Assembly (NCBI GenBank): GCA_963808235.1
Contig: CAWEEQ010000004.1
Location: 416,001-480,000, forward strand
Origin: an uncultured delta proteobacterium
GTDB lineage: Bacteria > Desulfobacterota > Binatia > Binatales > Binataceae
Direction of reading: 5' to 3'
DNA length: 64,000 bases
The notes under the pieces are model-generated. The model worked only from the letters and a program-made list of their open reading frames with translations. It was not told the DNA's origin and ran no database searches. A program made the translations under genes and the position numbers. This document shows, in pieces, positions 1 through 9,783 of this stretch. How positions within the stretch are numbered: the stretch's first letter is position 1; every line of letters starts with the position of its first letter.

Positions 1-762
1 GCTGAACTCCTCGGGATCGAACCGCAGCAAACCGAAGTCGGCCGGACTCAAGTCGAGATTGAGGTGCGGCGCTTCCGTGGTGGTAACTGCACCGCCCTCG
101 GCGAGTTGGAACGAGCTCAGCCCGGTCGGAATCCACTGCCGCCCGTCCCACTTCGCGCTCTTGGCGTGGGCCAGGTCCTTCAGCCCAAATTGATCGTCGA
201 GCTGATAATGCGTAACGCCCCCGATTCGGCCCTGCGTCTTGTCGTAGTTCTCGACCGAGATAAATCCGTCGCGCACCCGCACCCAGATTCGCCGGTTCGC
301 AAACACAGCTCGTAGCTGGCGCTTCTTGAGCTCCACCGAGTAGATATATTTCGCCTGGCGGGTCGCGGCGGGAACGATCGTCTCGCTGACTATAAAATCG
401 AATCCCGAAATCAGGACCGCGACCACCAGCACCGGCACCGCCATCTCGAGCCGGCTGATGCCGAGTTGCTGGCACGCAAGCACTTCGCCCGAGCGATTGA
501 GCAGCGCGAAGCCGAGCAACACGCCGGCCAGGCTCGCGACCGGCAGAACCTGCGAAACGATTAGCGGCAGCTTGAGCGCGAAGTACTCGAGACCGAGCAG
601 TCCGAGTCCTCCGTAGTGAATCAGGTCGTCGAAACGATCGAACATGTCGCCGAGCAGGTATGCTGCCGTGAACGCCGCCAGGCAAACCATGAACGGGCCG
701 AAAAATTGCCCTGCGATAAAACGATCCATCACCGGCGAGAGGCGGGGGCGTAGTCTGCTCAT
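1..762 (-). CDS. lptG: LptF/LptG family LPS export permease LptG (3' end runs off window)
   Basis: Manual translation from ATG at 762, which overlaps the lptF stop (ATGA): MSRLRPRLSPVMDRFIAGQFFGPF...LKLPLIVSQVLPVASLAGVLLGFALLNRSGEVLACQQLGIS; typical YjgP/Q pattern. Confidence 0.85.
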   Translation of the reverse strand, partial: MSRLRPRLSPVMDRFIAGQFFGPFMVCLAAFTAAYLLGDMFDRFDDLIHYGGLGLLGLEYFALKLPLIVSQVLPVASLAGVLLGFALLNRSGEVLACQQLGISRLEMAVPVLVVAVLISGFDFIVSETIVPAATRQAKYIYSVELKKRQLRAVFANRRIWVRVRDGFISVENYDKTQGRIGGVTHYQLDDQFGLKDLAHAKSAKWDGRQWIPTGLSSFQLAEGGAVTTTEAPHLNLDLSPADFGLLRFDPEEFS

Positions 763-1955
763 GCGGCCTGCCGGCTGCGCTCGTAGCGCTCAACGAGATC
801 CCAAATCAGGTCGCCCGGACCGCGGCCCTGGTTACCTCGGTCCGTGGCGGCGCGATAGAAGAGCCAAATCGCCAGCACGGTGAACACGATGTCCGGGATG
901 CTCATCGCGGCGAATGCGTTCAGCTTCCCGCGCTGCGCCAGCGTCTCGCCCACTCGCATCAGCGAGTAATAGAGAAAGAACAGCGCGACGCTGACCCCGA
1001 AGCGCTCCGAATGTCCGCCGCGCGCCGGTTTCAGACCGAGCGAAACGCCTAGCAGCGCAAACAGCATCGTCGCGAATGGAACCGTGAACTTGCCCGCGAG
1101 TTCGGTCTCGGCCTCGTAGTCGCGCTTCCCCGACGCGAGTGCCACCGCGATCGTCTTGCGCAACTCCGCGTACGTCATCTCGCCCGGATCCTGGTCGCTG
1201 ACGCCGAGCGACTCCTCGGGATTCACGCTCAGATCGTACGTCTTGAAGCTCGTCACGTGGGTCGCATCGTTGCCTTGCTCGGTCCCGAAGACCGAACCGT
1301 CGTACAATCTGAGCGTGATCGAAGTACCGTGCGCCTCGGGCAGAATAACTCCATGCTTGGCGATTATCGTGTTCTGTTGATGCGGATCGCGCGCGTCGGA
1401 AATCATCACGCCTTTCAGACTCGAATCCACGTCGGACATCTCGTCGATATACACGATCAGTCCGGGAAAATTGTCGTTGAAAATTTTTTCCTTGAGACCG
1501 GCGCTGGTGCGGGTCTGGCTGAGCTCGTACAGCTTCTGGCGCAGATGCCCATTCGCCCACGGCCGCAGCGAGAACGCGAAGTAACTCGAAATCGCGTACA
1601 CCATCAACGCCACCCACATCACCGGAATCGCCAGCCGGTAGAGGCTGACTCCGCAGGCGCGCGCCGCGATCATCTCCTGGTCGCTCGACATCCGCCCGAA
1701 TCCCATCAACACGCCCAGCAATACCGCCATCGGAAACGTGAGTTCGAGGAACGCGGGCATGATGTAGCCGATTATCCGCGTCACCTCACCCAGGCTCACG
1801 CCGTGATTCACCACCATGTCCGAGAGCTTCAGCAGCCGGCCCGTCACCAGCGCAAACGTGAGCAGGCCGACTCCGACCGCGAACGGCGCAAGAACTTCGC
1901 GCGCGACGTAACGGTCGATTATCGCAAAACCCGGTATCGCGAGTGTGAGTCTCAA
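759..1955 (-). CDS. lptF: LPS export ABC transporter permease LptF
   Basis: IIDRYVAREVL...PMAVLLGVLMGFGRMSSDQEMIAARACGVS YjgP/Q signature; tandem with lptG. Confidence 0.88.
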   Translation of the reverse strand: MRLTLAIPGFAIIDRYVAREVLAPFAVGVGLLTFALVTGRLLKLSDMVVNHGVSLGEVTRIIGYIMPAFLELTFPMAVLLGVLMGFGRMSSDQEMIAARACGVSLYRLAIPVMWVALMVYAISSYFAFSLRPWANGHLRQKLYELSQTRTSAGLKEKIFNDNFPGLIVYIDEMSDVDSSLKGVMISDARDPHQQNTIIAKHGVILPEAHGTSITLRLYDGSVFGTEQGNDATHVTSFKTYDLSVNPEESLGVSDQDPGEMTYAELRKTIAVALASGKRDYEAETELAGKFTVPFATMLFALLGVSLGLKPARGGHSERFGVSVALFFLYYSLMRVGETLAQRGKLNAFAAMSIPDIVFTVLAIWLFYRAATDRGNQGRGPGDLIWDLVERYERSRQAA

Positions 1956-2110
1956 TGCGGTCGCAACCAGCCTCGATCGATATGAGGCGCCGCTTAAGTC
2001 TAGACGCTGGAATGCTCGATTGAAACTTGTCGATTGAAACTTGTGGACTGCGGAAATTGCGTCTGGTCATGAAGTCGCAAGCCGCGCGCTCTGATAGTAT
2101 CGCTGCTGCG

Positions 2111-2974
2111 ATGAAAGATTTTCGGGACAAGGACCGCAGTCCGCGCTTCAATCGTAACGCGCCGAAATCGCCGCGTCGCGCGATGCCGCAAACATCGGCA
2201 CACCCCGCGCCACTTCCTCACGCGGATCGCGCCGCCGCCAACGAGCGCGAAATAGTTTACGGTGTCGAGCCGATTCGCGAGCTGATCGCGGCCGCGCCCG
2301 CCTCGATTCGAGTGCTGTACGTGAAGTCTGGGGACGAGCGCCGCTTCGCCGCCGAGATCGATCGCGTCCGCACCGGCGGCGGACGCGTCGAATTTGCCGA
2401 CGACAGCGGCCTCGAGCGACTTGCCGGCTCGACCGCGCGCCATCAGGGTATAGCGGCCTTGATGCGCGAGTACGAGTACGCGCCGCTGGGAACTCTCCTC
2501 GCCGAAAAACCCGATCCGATTGTGCTGGTCGACGGCGTTACCGATCCGCGCAACCTGGGCGCCCTGATGCGCTCGGCGGAAGGCGCAGGCGTCACTGCAC
2601 TGGTACTCGCGCGCGACCGGACCGCCGGCGTCACGCCGGCAGCGGTCAAGTCGTCTTCGGGTGCGTGGATACATTTGAAGATCGCGCGATGCGGCAACGT
2701 GGCGCGAACTATCGAGCAATTGAAGGAGGCCGGCTACTGGACTGCGGCGCTCGCTCCGGGCGGCGCAACTTCAATCTACGACCTCGACGCCACGCGCAGA
2801 CTCGCGCTCATCGTGGGTTCGGAAGGCCGCGGCGTCCGCCACATTGTCGAGAAGACCGCCGACTTCGTAGTCGACATCCCGATGCGCGGTAAAGTCGGCT
2901 CGCTAAACGTCTCGGTCGCCGCGGCAGTGGCTCTATTCGAGATCGCCCGCCGCCGCGCATCTGTCAACCAGTAG
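2111..2974 (+). CDS. rlmB: 23S rRNA (guanosine-2251-2'-O)-methyltransferase, SpoU family
   Basis: HQGI, DGVTDPRNLGALMRSA, GSEGRG and IPMRGKVGSLNVSVAAA motifs; start uncertain (ORF extends to 2027). Confidence 0.9.
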   Translation: MKDFRDKDRSPRFNRNAPKSPRRAMPQTSAHPAPLPHADRAAANEREIVYGVEPIRELIAAAPASIRVLYVKSGDERRFAAEIDRVRTGGGRVEFADDSGLERLAGSTARHQGIAALMREYEYAPLGTLLAEKPDPIVLVDGVTDPRNLGALMRSAEGAGVTALVLARDRTAGVTPAAVKSSSGAWIHLKIARCGNVARTIEQLKEAGYWTAALAPGGATSIYDLDATRRLALIVGSEGRGVRHIVEKTADFVVDIPMRGKVGSLNVSVAAAVALFEIARRRASVNQ

Positions 2975-4247
2975 CGCCGAGCTTGTATCGAATCGGCATA
3001 TGCTTGATTCCGCCCACGAAGCTCGAGCGCAATCGCTCGACCGGGCCGGCCAGTTCCGCACTCTCGAGCCGCTTTGCGAGGCGGGCGAAAACTGCCTCCA
3101 GCTCCAGCCGCGCCAGATGCGAGCCCAGGCAAAAATGTTCGCCGATTCCGAACCCGAGATGAGAATTAGGATCGCGTGCGAGGTCGAACTTGAACGGCTC
3201 CGCAAATAGATCCTGGTCGCGATTCGCCGACGGATAGAAAAGGCATACCGACTCGCCGGCGCGAATCTTCTCGCCGCGAACCTCGGTGTCCGCGGCGGCG
3301 GTGCGTGCGAACTGGATCACCGGCGAAGTCCAGCGCACGATTTCCTCGATCGCGGATTTAATCAGTTCCGGATTTTTCTTCAGCCGCTGGAATTGTTGCG
3401 GATGTTCGATCATCGCCAGCAGCCCGCCGGTGGTCGCGTTGCGGGTGGTCTCGTTGCCAGCCACCACCAGGATCAAAAGGTACGACAACAGTTCAAGCGT
3501 CGGGATCGGTTCTCCGTTGATCTTCGCGTTCGCGACGATACTGGTGACATCGTTGCCGGGAGTTTTCTTTTTCTGCGCGACCATGTCGGTGAAATACTGA
3601 AACATCTCCATTCGCGCCTGCGCGAATGTCTCCAGAGTCTTGTCACTTCGCTGAAACTCGGGATCCTCGCCGCCGATAAGCTCGTTGGTCCATCTGAACA
3701 GCCGTGGCCAATCCGGGCGCGGCACCCCGAGCATCTTCGCGATCACCGCGACCGGAATTTTCGATGAGATCTCGGTCACGAAATCGCATTGCCTCCGATC
3801 CATCGCGTCGTCGAGAACCTGGTCGGTGATCCCGTAAACCTCCGCCTCGAGTTCCCGAATCGAACGCGGCGTGAAATAGCGATTCAATATCGCCCGGTAC
3901 TCGCCATGCTGCGGCGGATCCATGTTCAACAGATGGCGCAGGGTGAGCGCCTCCTGCGGCAGGCCGCCGTTACCCTCGCCCTCGCCAAACGTGAAAACCG
4001 CCAGGCGCGGCCGGTTCAGCCAGAGTCGCGGCTGCTTGCTGATTTCCATGATGTCGGCAGCCCGGGTAATCGCATAAAACGGCTCGACGCTTGTGCGCTC
4101 AACCTTGAAGACAGGTTTGTTGCGGCGCAGGTACGTCCATTCCGCGTGGGGATAGCCGTGCTTCTGGTAACGGTCCGGGCTAATTATGTCGATCGTGTCG
4201 AGTGAGAAATCGGAGCCGCCAACAGCAGGGTTGTTTGTCGCTTCCAT
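2964..4247 (-). CDS. Cytochrome P450 (CYP125/CYP142-like)
   Basis: AGNETT I-helix, ExxR (EIVR), heme motif FGIGEHFCLG. Confidence 0.95.
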   Translation of the reverse strand: MEATNNPAVGGSDFSLDTIDIISPDRYQKHGYPHAEWTYLRRNKPVFKVERTSVEPFYAITRAADIMEISKQPRLWLNRPRLAVFTFGEGEGNGGLPQEALTLRHLLNMDPPQHGEYRAILNRYFTPRSIRELEAEVYGITDQVLDDAMDRRQCDFVTEISSKIPVAVIAKMLGVPRPDWPRLFRWTNELIGGEDPEFQRSDKTLETFAQARMEMFQYFTDMVAQKKKTPGNDVTSIVANAKINGEPIPTLELLSYLLILVVAGNETTRNATTGGLLAMIEHPQQFQRLKKNPELIKSAIEEIVRWTSPVIQFARTAAADTEVRGEKIRAGESVCLFYPSANRDQDLFAEPFKFDLARDPNSHLGFGIGEHFCLGSHLARLELEAVFARLAKRLESAELAGPVERLRSSFVGGIKHMPIRYKLGATG

Positions 4248-4363
4248 GTGACCGGCGTTAATCCTCGACGATTGAAGCTTCGATGACGCGGAAACGTATC
4301 TACCGCTATTTTGCTCGAACGTTCAAATGCAACGGAGACGGGCGGAGGATTTGGAAGAATCTA

Positions 4364-4657
4364 TTAGGGTTTTCGATGGTTGGCGTACTTGGTCTGAAGT
4401 GCTTTCTTGATCGTGTTCATCCAGTTTTTTTCCGACTGCTTCGCGATTTTGCCAACCCCGCCAACCTGCTGGCTGGCCTGCTTCATCTGAGCTTTCAGCA
4501 GATGGGCGCCCTTGGCCAGTTCAGCGTTCATGATATGGGCGTTATGATCCGCGAGCGTCCCGGCAATGAGTTTCAGCTCATGCTGAATCCGATCTGCGTA
4601 AACCCGGGCCCATTCAAGATCGATTAAGACGCTGCTCAGCGAGTTATTCTTGGGCAT
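4364..4657 (-). CDS. Hypothetical helical protein, 97 aa
   Basis: ATG-started ORF with protein-like composition filling the intergenic space; no recognisable domain. Confidence 0.55.
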   Translation of the reverse strand: MPKNNSLSSVLIDLEWARVYADRIQHELKLIAGTLADHNAHIMNAELAKGAHLLKAQMKQASQQVGGVGKIAKQSEKNWMNTIKKALQTKYANHRKP

Positions 4658-4775
4658 GGTTCATTAGATTGTAGAATCCGGGTCGATCCGGCAACCCCGT
4701 TGAGGGAAATCCGGTTCTCTGAGGAACTCTGGAGACCGTCGGGAAAAGCACAATCGCCATAGCGTCGAAACGCCC

Positions 4776-4808
4776 CAAGAATCATCTATTCCGCAAGAAT
4801 CATCTATT
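4776..4808. repeat. 15-bp perfect direct repeat CAAGAATCATCTATT x2 (18-bp period)
   Basis: Copies at 4776-4790 and 4794-4808, between divergent genes. Confidence 0.8.
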
Positions 4809-4914
4809 AAGGAGCGGTTGCACTCGAAAACGCGAGCCCTAGCATCATCGCAGCGTTTGCGCTAAATAACGTCGGTCAGAAATTTACAAATTTGTCGCTC
4901 GGGGGAGGGATACG

Positions 4915-5406
4915 ATGTTAAGGAAATCAGGTCTCGTGATTGCCTGCACCGCGCTGGCGATGTTCGCGATCGGACGAGTCGAGAGCCTCGCCGCGCACCG
5001 CGGCTTTGCCGGCTCCACGGCTTGTGCTCAGAGTTGGGACGATCCGGCCGACGATACCGCCGCCGGTTCTCCATCGACACTGCCGAATATCGCCGGGAGT
5101 TACACGGGGAACGTGAGCGATCACCGGTTCGGTGACGGAACAATTTCGGCGACCATCAGTCAGGGAGGGCCGAGCGGGGGTGTGCTCTCCGGATCTTGGG
5201 ATACGGACATTGGTGGCGGGGTAACCGGAGCTCCCTTGAAGGGGAAAGTCAAACCAAACAACGCTGTTACCCTGAAATTGAAGATACACGGTAACTGCGG
5301 CCTCATTGCCCACGGCACTTTTGAGAACGGGGACGAAATCAAGGGCGTTTACCATGCGTTCGGATGCGGCGGGCCCGACCACGGCAATTTCGACATCTTT
5401 GACTAA
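4915..5406 (+). CDS. Secreted hypothetical protein (signal peptide, beta-rich, Cys pair)
   Basis: GGAGG RBS, N-terminal signal peptide, Gly/Ser-rich beta-strand pattern. Confidence 0.75.
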   Translation: MLRKSGLVIACTALAMFAIGRVESLAAHRGFAGSTACAQSWDDPADDTAAGSPSTLPNIAGSYTGNVSDHRFGDGTISATISQGGPSGGVLSGSWDTDIGGGVTGAPLKGKVKPNNAVTLKLKIHGNCGLIAHGTFENGDEIKGVYHAFGCGGPDHGNFDIFD

Positions 5407-5540
5407 GGGCTCTGATCCTTCGACGGCGCAGTTTCCGGCCTCGGCTCTATCGCTGGCAGCATTTCGCCGCGCGACTCTGATCGCGCGGGGGAAAGGCCCC
5501 GCTCAGCTAAATCGCCTCGGCTCTTAATACTCACCGGAGG

Positions 5541-6149
5541 TCACTTTGCTGACGGGAACGGAAGCAAATCCTCCCGCCACCAGATCAGGAACGAATCGCC
5601 GTCGAATATGTCCACGGCGACGCCAATCAAATTTTGGGCTAAATCCTCGACATCTCCGTCGGTTAGAAGTTTCTTTCGTTCTGAAGGCGAGGAAACGCAA
5701 AAGAACGCGGAGACTGGGAAGTAAGCCGACCAATGTGAGATGAGATCGTCAATTTCATTCTGAGGGATGTCAGATCCCTTGAGTTCCCAGCAGAGTTCTT
5801 TGTCGTAAAAAATCGCTCGGTCCTTATACTCGTACTCTTCCCATCCGGGACGCGAAAAGAAATTGACATGATCATGCAGTAGGACTGTGCAATTTGGATT
5901 CCTTGTGAATTTCTTTACAATTTTACCTAGGAGCTGAGTCGCACCAGAGGGATCGACTAGCGGAATTTCCGATCCGAAATCCGAAAGTTGATCCGCGTCG
6001 ACGGAGTCTGGCGCGATAACGAAAAAGCTTCCGCGCAGAAAACCGCCGGTTTTTGCTAGAAGTTTCGTGACGATCTCGTAACCGGGCGAGAGTTGGTAAA
6101 CTATGTACTTTTTAGCGTACGAGCCATCTCGAAGCTTTTGCACCTTCAT
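5541..6149 (-). CDS. Putative immunity protein of the upstream Rhs toxin
   Basis: About 202-aa AT-rich ORF (MKVQKLRDG...) starting 26 nt after the Rhs stop, same strand, with no signal peptide. Confidence 0.65.
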   Translation of the reverse strand: MKVQKLRDGSYAKKYIVYQLSPGYEIVTKLLAKTGGFLRGSFFVIAPDSVDADQLSDFGSEIPLVDPSGATQLLGKIVKKFTRNPNCTVLLHDHVNFFSRPGWEEYEYKDRAIFYDKELCWELKGSDIPQNEIDDLISHWSAYFPVSAFFCVSSPSERKKLLTDGDVEDLAQNLIGVAVDIFDGDSFLIWWREDLLPFPSAK

Positions 6150-6175
6150 CGTCCAACCCCTAAGGCAGTGCCAAA

Positions 6176-9100
6176 TCAGAATAGAGATTCTAAGATTTCG
6201 AAATCGAAGATCGTAGTCCAGCTTTGCGTTCCCTCCGACCATAGCTGAATTTTGCTTCCGTTCATCGTGAGACCGTATTTCTGTTTTCGTCCTCCCAGCA
6301 AATGCCGCTGCAAATCGTAGTGGTCTCCCTTTGGCAATCCGTGCGTTCCGAAGTCTGGATGAAGACCCCACCCTGTGACAGGGTCCAAGTAACTCCCCGA
6401 GTTAGATCCCTGCTTTCCACCTACCCAGAGCCACCCCGGTCCGGGTGGCACGCTCGGATCGGAGTTCAGAGGCGGAATTTCCACCATATTGTCGGTGTCG
6501 GCCGCCAGTAGAACGTCTCCGATCCGCTTGCCTTGTCCGAAGGACGGAATGTTGGAAACGCTAATAGCAGAAACGCTAATACCAGATAGGCCGGGAAGGT
6601 TTAGCGAAATTGATATGTCGCCAACATTTGCAAGTCCCTGTGGGAATTCGCAATCGATGCTTGCGCCAAGGAGGAACAAGCCGAGAGGATCGGTCCCATT
6701 CACCGGGTCATTGTTGGCATATCCGAAGATGTTGATGTCGCCGCCGCCAAGTCCAAGCGGATCCTCCGAGACGAAGCGCTGCAATCCGGGCGAGTAATAC
6801 CGCGCCCAGGTGTGATAGAGACCGCTGCTGTCGGATTCCATCCCTGCGAATTTGAACGGGTTAGCATTCGCCGCTCCACTTGTCGTGCTGCGGCCGAATG
6901 GCTCGTAGGTGTACTGCGTCGCGATCGTTCCCGTCGAGTCCACCAAACCGATCGTCGAGCCGATACCGTCAGTTAGAAGAACCACCAAACCCGATGAATC
7001 AGTTCGGGCAAAGATCTCGCCTGTGCCCGGCATTGCCAGTACGTCCGCAACTAACGTTCCATTGGTAGTCGTTCGCACTGGTATCACGCCATCGTACAGA
7101 TAGGAGCTAGTGGAGTTTGTCGACGGCGTTGATGAAGTCTCTCGCCTGCCGAGTGCATCGTAATTAAAGAACTCAGTCCTCATCAAAGATTCAAGCTGAT
7201 TCCGCTCATTCCAGTCCAGAGTACTAGGCGTGGGAATGGTCGGGTCGGCAAGCAGGTTGTTGGCCTGGTCAGAGTTCACGTTTGCACCATTCCAGACGGT
7301 CAATTGGTTACCACCGTTGTAGGTTGCGCTCACCGCGGCTGGCAGATTGACAGCGGCAAGACTGCCACCCACACCGACGATGCGGCCGTTCGGATCGTAG
7401 GTGTACGTCAGATTGCCCAGAGACCCCCCGAGCGTCGAGCTGTAGGCCAAGCTTGAGAGGTCCCACGCGGCATCATACGCATAAGCGACTGAGACGCCGT
7501 TAGGGAGCGTGAGATGTTTTCGCCGCCCGTCATTGTCGTATGTGATCGAAACGTTTGCACTTCCATTTGCCAACGTCAAAACATCGTCCGCGTTGTCGTA
7601 CGTATAGTTAACCTGCGGTTGCGATCCTGCCTGCATGCTGGTTCGCCGACCTGCCTTGTCGTACGTGTAAGTAACGGCGCCTTCGGTAGAAGTAAGCGAT
7701 GTGACTCGGTCGAGGCCATCGTATACGAACGTCTGCGTATTACCTGGCGTGCACTGCCACGAGGGCGGACAGCCTCCTCCACCCGTATCTACAAGCTGCG
7801 TGACCCGATCCGCACCGTCGTATGTATAAGTGACACTGGTCTGGAAAAAGGCATTATTGTTGCCGGAGTTGTATTTTATCTTGGTAAGGCGATTGAGCGC
7901 GTCGTAAGTAAATGAAGATACCAAACCTCGCTTATCGGTGTAGCTGGTAACGTTTCCTACAGGATCTAGAACATAGGTCTCGGTACCTCCAGCGCCAGAA
8001 GTTATCGAGACCGTAATCGGCGAAGAAAGCGAATAACCTATCCCTGATCCACCCGTCAGCCCGTACGGATAGGTGCCGAACCCGTAATTGATCAGTAAGC
8101 CAAGACCCTCATACTCAAAACTCCAGATGTCGCCGATTTCGTCTGTGACCACCGAAGGTTCATCGACACCGTTAAATGTTGTGTAAGTCCAGCTGCTCGT
8201 GTTCCGTAGCGGGTCCGTAGCTGAAATGACGCGTCCTATAGCGTCTTCGGCGACAGTCGAGACGTTGCCCAACGGATCGGTTAATGACGCAGGATCTTCG
8301 GACGAGTCGTACCCGAACTGCCAGGTATCAGGAGGCTGGTTTGGATCGGTTATCGATTTCAGCTGGCCCTGGTTGTTGTACGCGAGTGTCCAGTTATTTT
8401 GATTCGGATCGATGATGGTAGTGGCATTGCAGTTGGAGTCAAAGAGCATCGAAGGTCCGTGGCCTAGGGGGTCGGTCACGCTCGCAAGCTGACTGCACCG
8501 CGGCTCATAAGCATAGGTAGTCGTTACCGCATTCGACGTTCCGGACAACTTGGTCACACTCGTAAGATTGCCCAACGCGTCATAGGTATAACTCGTAACC
8601 CTGCCGATGTTATCCGTCACCGAGAGAATGTGATTGCTTGCGGTATCCCGCGTATATGTGGTCGTACTCGCAATGCTCGTACCGTTTGCTCTGATGTCGG
8701 ATGTCAAGTAGCCAGCATTATTGAAGGTATACTTTCGAACGTTCCCGTTGGGATCCGTCACCTTGTTGATCTGAATCTTCCCGCCCGCGAGGGTAATAGC
8801 GTATGACCAGGTTCCGGATGGAGTCACCATCTTAGACAAGCCGTGTTGACCACTCCAGGCGTTGGCGTAAGTCAGAGTCGTGCTGGTATTAACGAAGAGT
8901 GAAACCCACTGGGTCAGAGTCTGAATATCGCCAAGTTGGGCGGAACTGCCGTACGCAAAGGTCTCGCCACCTGAGTCTACGCTAGTCAAACGATGCTGAG
9001 AGTCATATGCGTAGGTATGAGACGTCCCGGAATTGTCGGTTGCTTCGGTGATCTGATGGGGGTTGGCTGAATCGGTGTAAGATAGATTTATGTAGCGGTT

Positions 9101-9766
9101 GTTCGACGAGTTGATTTGGGTAATATCTCCGCCCTGCCCGCCGGAGCGCACTAGCGTTATCTGATTGCCGTATCGATCGCGGATCGACTGTAGTGGAGCG
9201 CCCAGGCCGAAAGAATAAACAGTGAGGTCTCTACGAGTGACATCCCACCCGGGCGTGTTCGCGTTGTACGAAATCGTGGCGCCGAAGAATTCTGCATCGG
9301 GATTGGAGGTGCACTCGAAGATCGCGTCGGTATAGTCAGAGCAGTTTTGCTGCGTGCACGAACTCGTTCGGTTACAGACTATCTGGCCACCATCCGGGAC
9401 TACGATTTCTGCATCGGTATAGCCTGTGCCTGCGTGTTCACTTTGCGAGTACAGATACATGTCGTAGTTGAGATTGTTGCCAAGACCGAACGGTCGAGCG
9501 ATGAAGTTTCCGCCGCCATCTATATCGCCGGACCGATAAATTCGTTTCAGGACGATTGGGATCGGTCCAGCTATATAGAAATCGGTCCGAATATATTCGA
9601 ACAGATCCTGTCCGATATCCGTATCAGGTTCTCCAGGCGCCGGGGCGGCGATCGCCGGCGGCGTTCCTCCAATGATCACCGAGGCTATCGCGACGTTAGC
9701 GATCGATAGAATCGCCAAGATTGCCATCAGAACACACGGGACTCGGGTAGTCTTGAAACTTTTCAC
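6176..9766 (-). CDS. Rhs/YD-repeat polymorphic toxin with Sec signal peptide and Ntox37-like C-terminal domain
   Basis: Many YD repeats; Rhs core YEPFG...ARYYSPGLQRFVSEDP...YANNDPVNGTDPLGL; CT PPGPGWLWVG...GSYLDPVTGWGLHPDF..H...GDHYD. Confidence 0.92.
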   Translation of the reverse strand: MKSFKTTRVPCVLMAILAILSIANVAIASVIIGGTPPAIAAPAPGEPDTDIGQDLFEYIRTDFYIAGPIPIVLKRIYRSGDIDGGGNFIARPFGLGNNLNYDMYLYSQSEHAGTGYTDAEIVVPDGGQIVCNRTSSCTQQNCSDYTDAIFECTSNPDAEFFGATISYNANTPGWDVTRRDLTVYSFGLGAPLQSIRDRYGNQITLVRSGGQGGDITQINSSNNRYINLSYTDSANPHQITEATDNSGTSHTYAYDSQHRLTSVDSGGETFAYGSSAQLGDIQTLTQWVSLFVNTSTTLTYANAWSGQHGLSKMVTPSGTWSYAITLAGGKIQINKVTDPNGNVRKYTFNNAGYLTSDIRANGTSIASTTTYTRDTASNHILSVTDNIGRVTSYTYDALGNLTSVTKLSGTSNAVTTTYAYEPRCSQLASVTDPLGHGPSMLFDSNCNATTIIDPNQNNWTLAYNNQGQLKSITDPNQPPDTWQFGYDSSEDPASLTDPLGNVSTVAEDAIGRVISATDPLRNTSSWTYTTFNGVDEPSVVTDEIGDIWSFEYEGLGLLINYGFGTYPYGLTGGSGIGYSLSSPITVSITSGAGGTETYVLDPVGNVTSYTDKRGLVSSFTYDALNRLTKIKYNSGNNNAFFQTSVTYTYDGADRVTQLVDTGGGGCPPSWQCTPGNTQTFVYDGLDRVTSLTSTEGAVTYTYDKAGRRTSMQAGSQPQVNYTYDNADDVLTLANGSANVSITYDNDGRRKHLTLPNGVSVAYAYDAAWDLSSLAYSSTLGGSLGNLTYTYDPNGRIVGVGGSLAAVNLPAAVSATYNGGNQLTVWNGANVNSDQANNLLADPTIPTPSTLDWNERNQLESLMRTEFFNYDALGRRETSSTPSTNSTSSYLYDGVIPVRTTTNGTLVADVLAMPGTGEIFARTDSSGLVVLLTDGIGSTIGLVDSTGTIATQYTYEPFGRSTTSGAANANPFKFAGMESDSSGLYHTWARYYSPGLQRFVSEDPLGLGGGDINIFGYANNDPVNGTDPLGLFLLGASIDCEFPQGLANVGDISISLNLPGLSGISVSAISVSNIPSFGQGKRIGDVLLAADTDNMVEIPPLNSDPSVPPGPGWLWVGGKQGSNSGSYLDPVTGWGLHPDFGTHGLPKGDHYDLQRHLLGGRKQKYGLTMNGSKIQLWSEGTQSWTTIFDFEILESLF

Positions 9767-9783
9767 GGCGTTGCCTCTTTCGA

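Noticed and set aside
6150-6371. 276-aa version of the immunity ORF overlapping the toxin tip
   Set aside because: The extension lies inside the Rhs coding region; ATG 6149 has a G-rich RBS and follows the toxin stop.
6176-9766. T6SS-delivered Rhs effector
   Set aside because: No PAAR/VgrG/Eag elements; the N-terminus is a Sec-type signal peptide.
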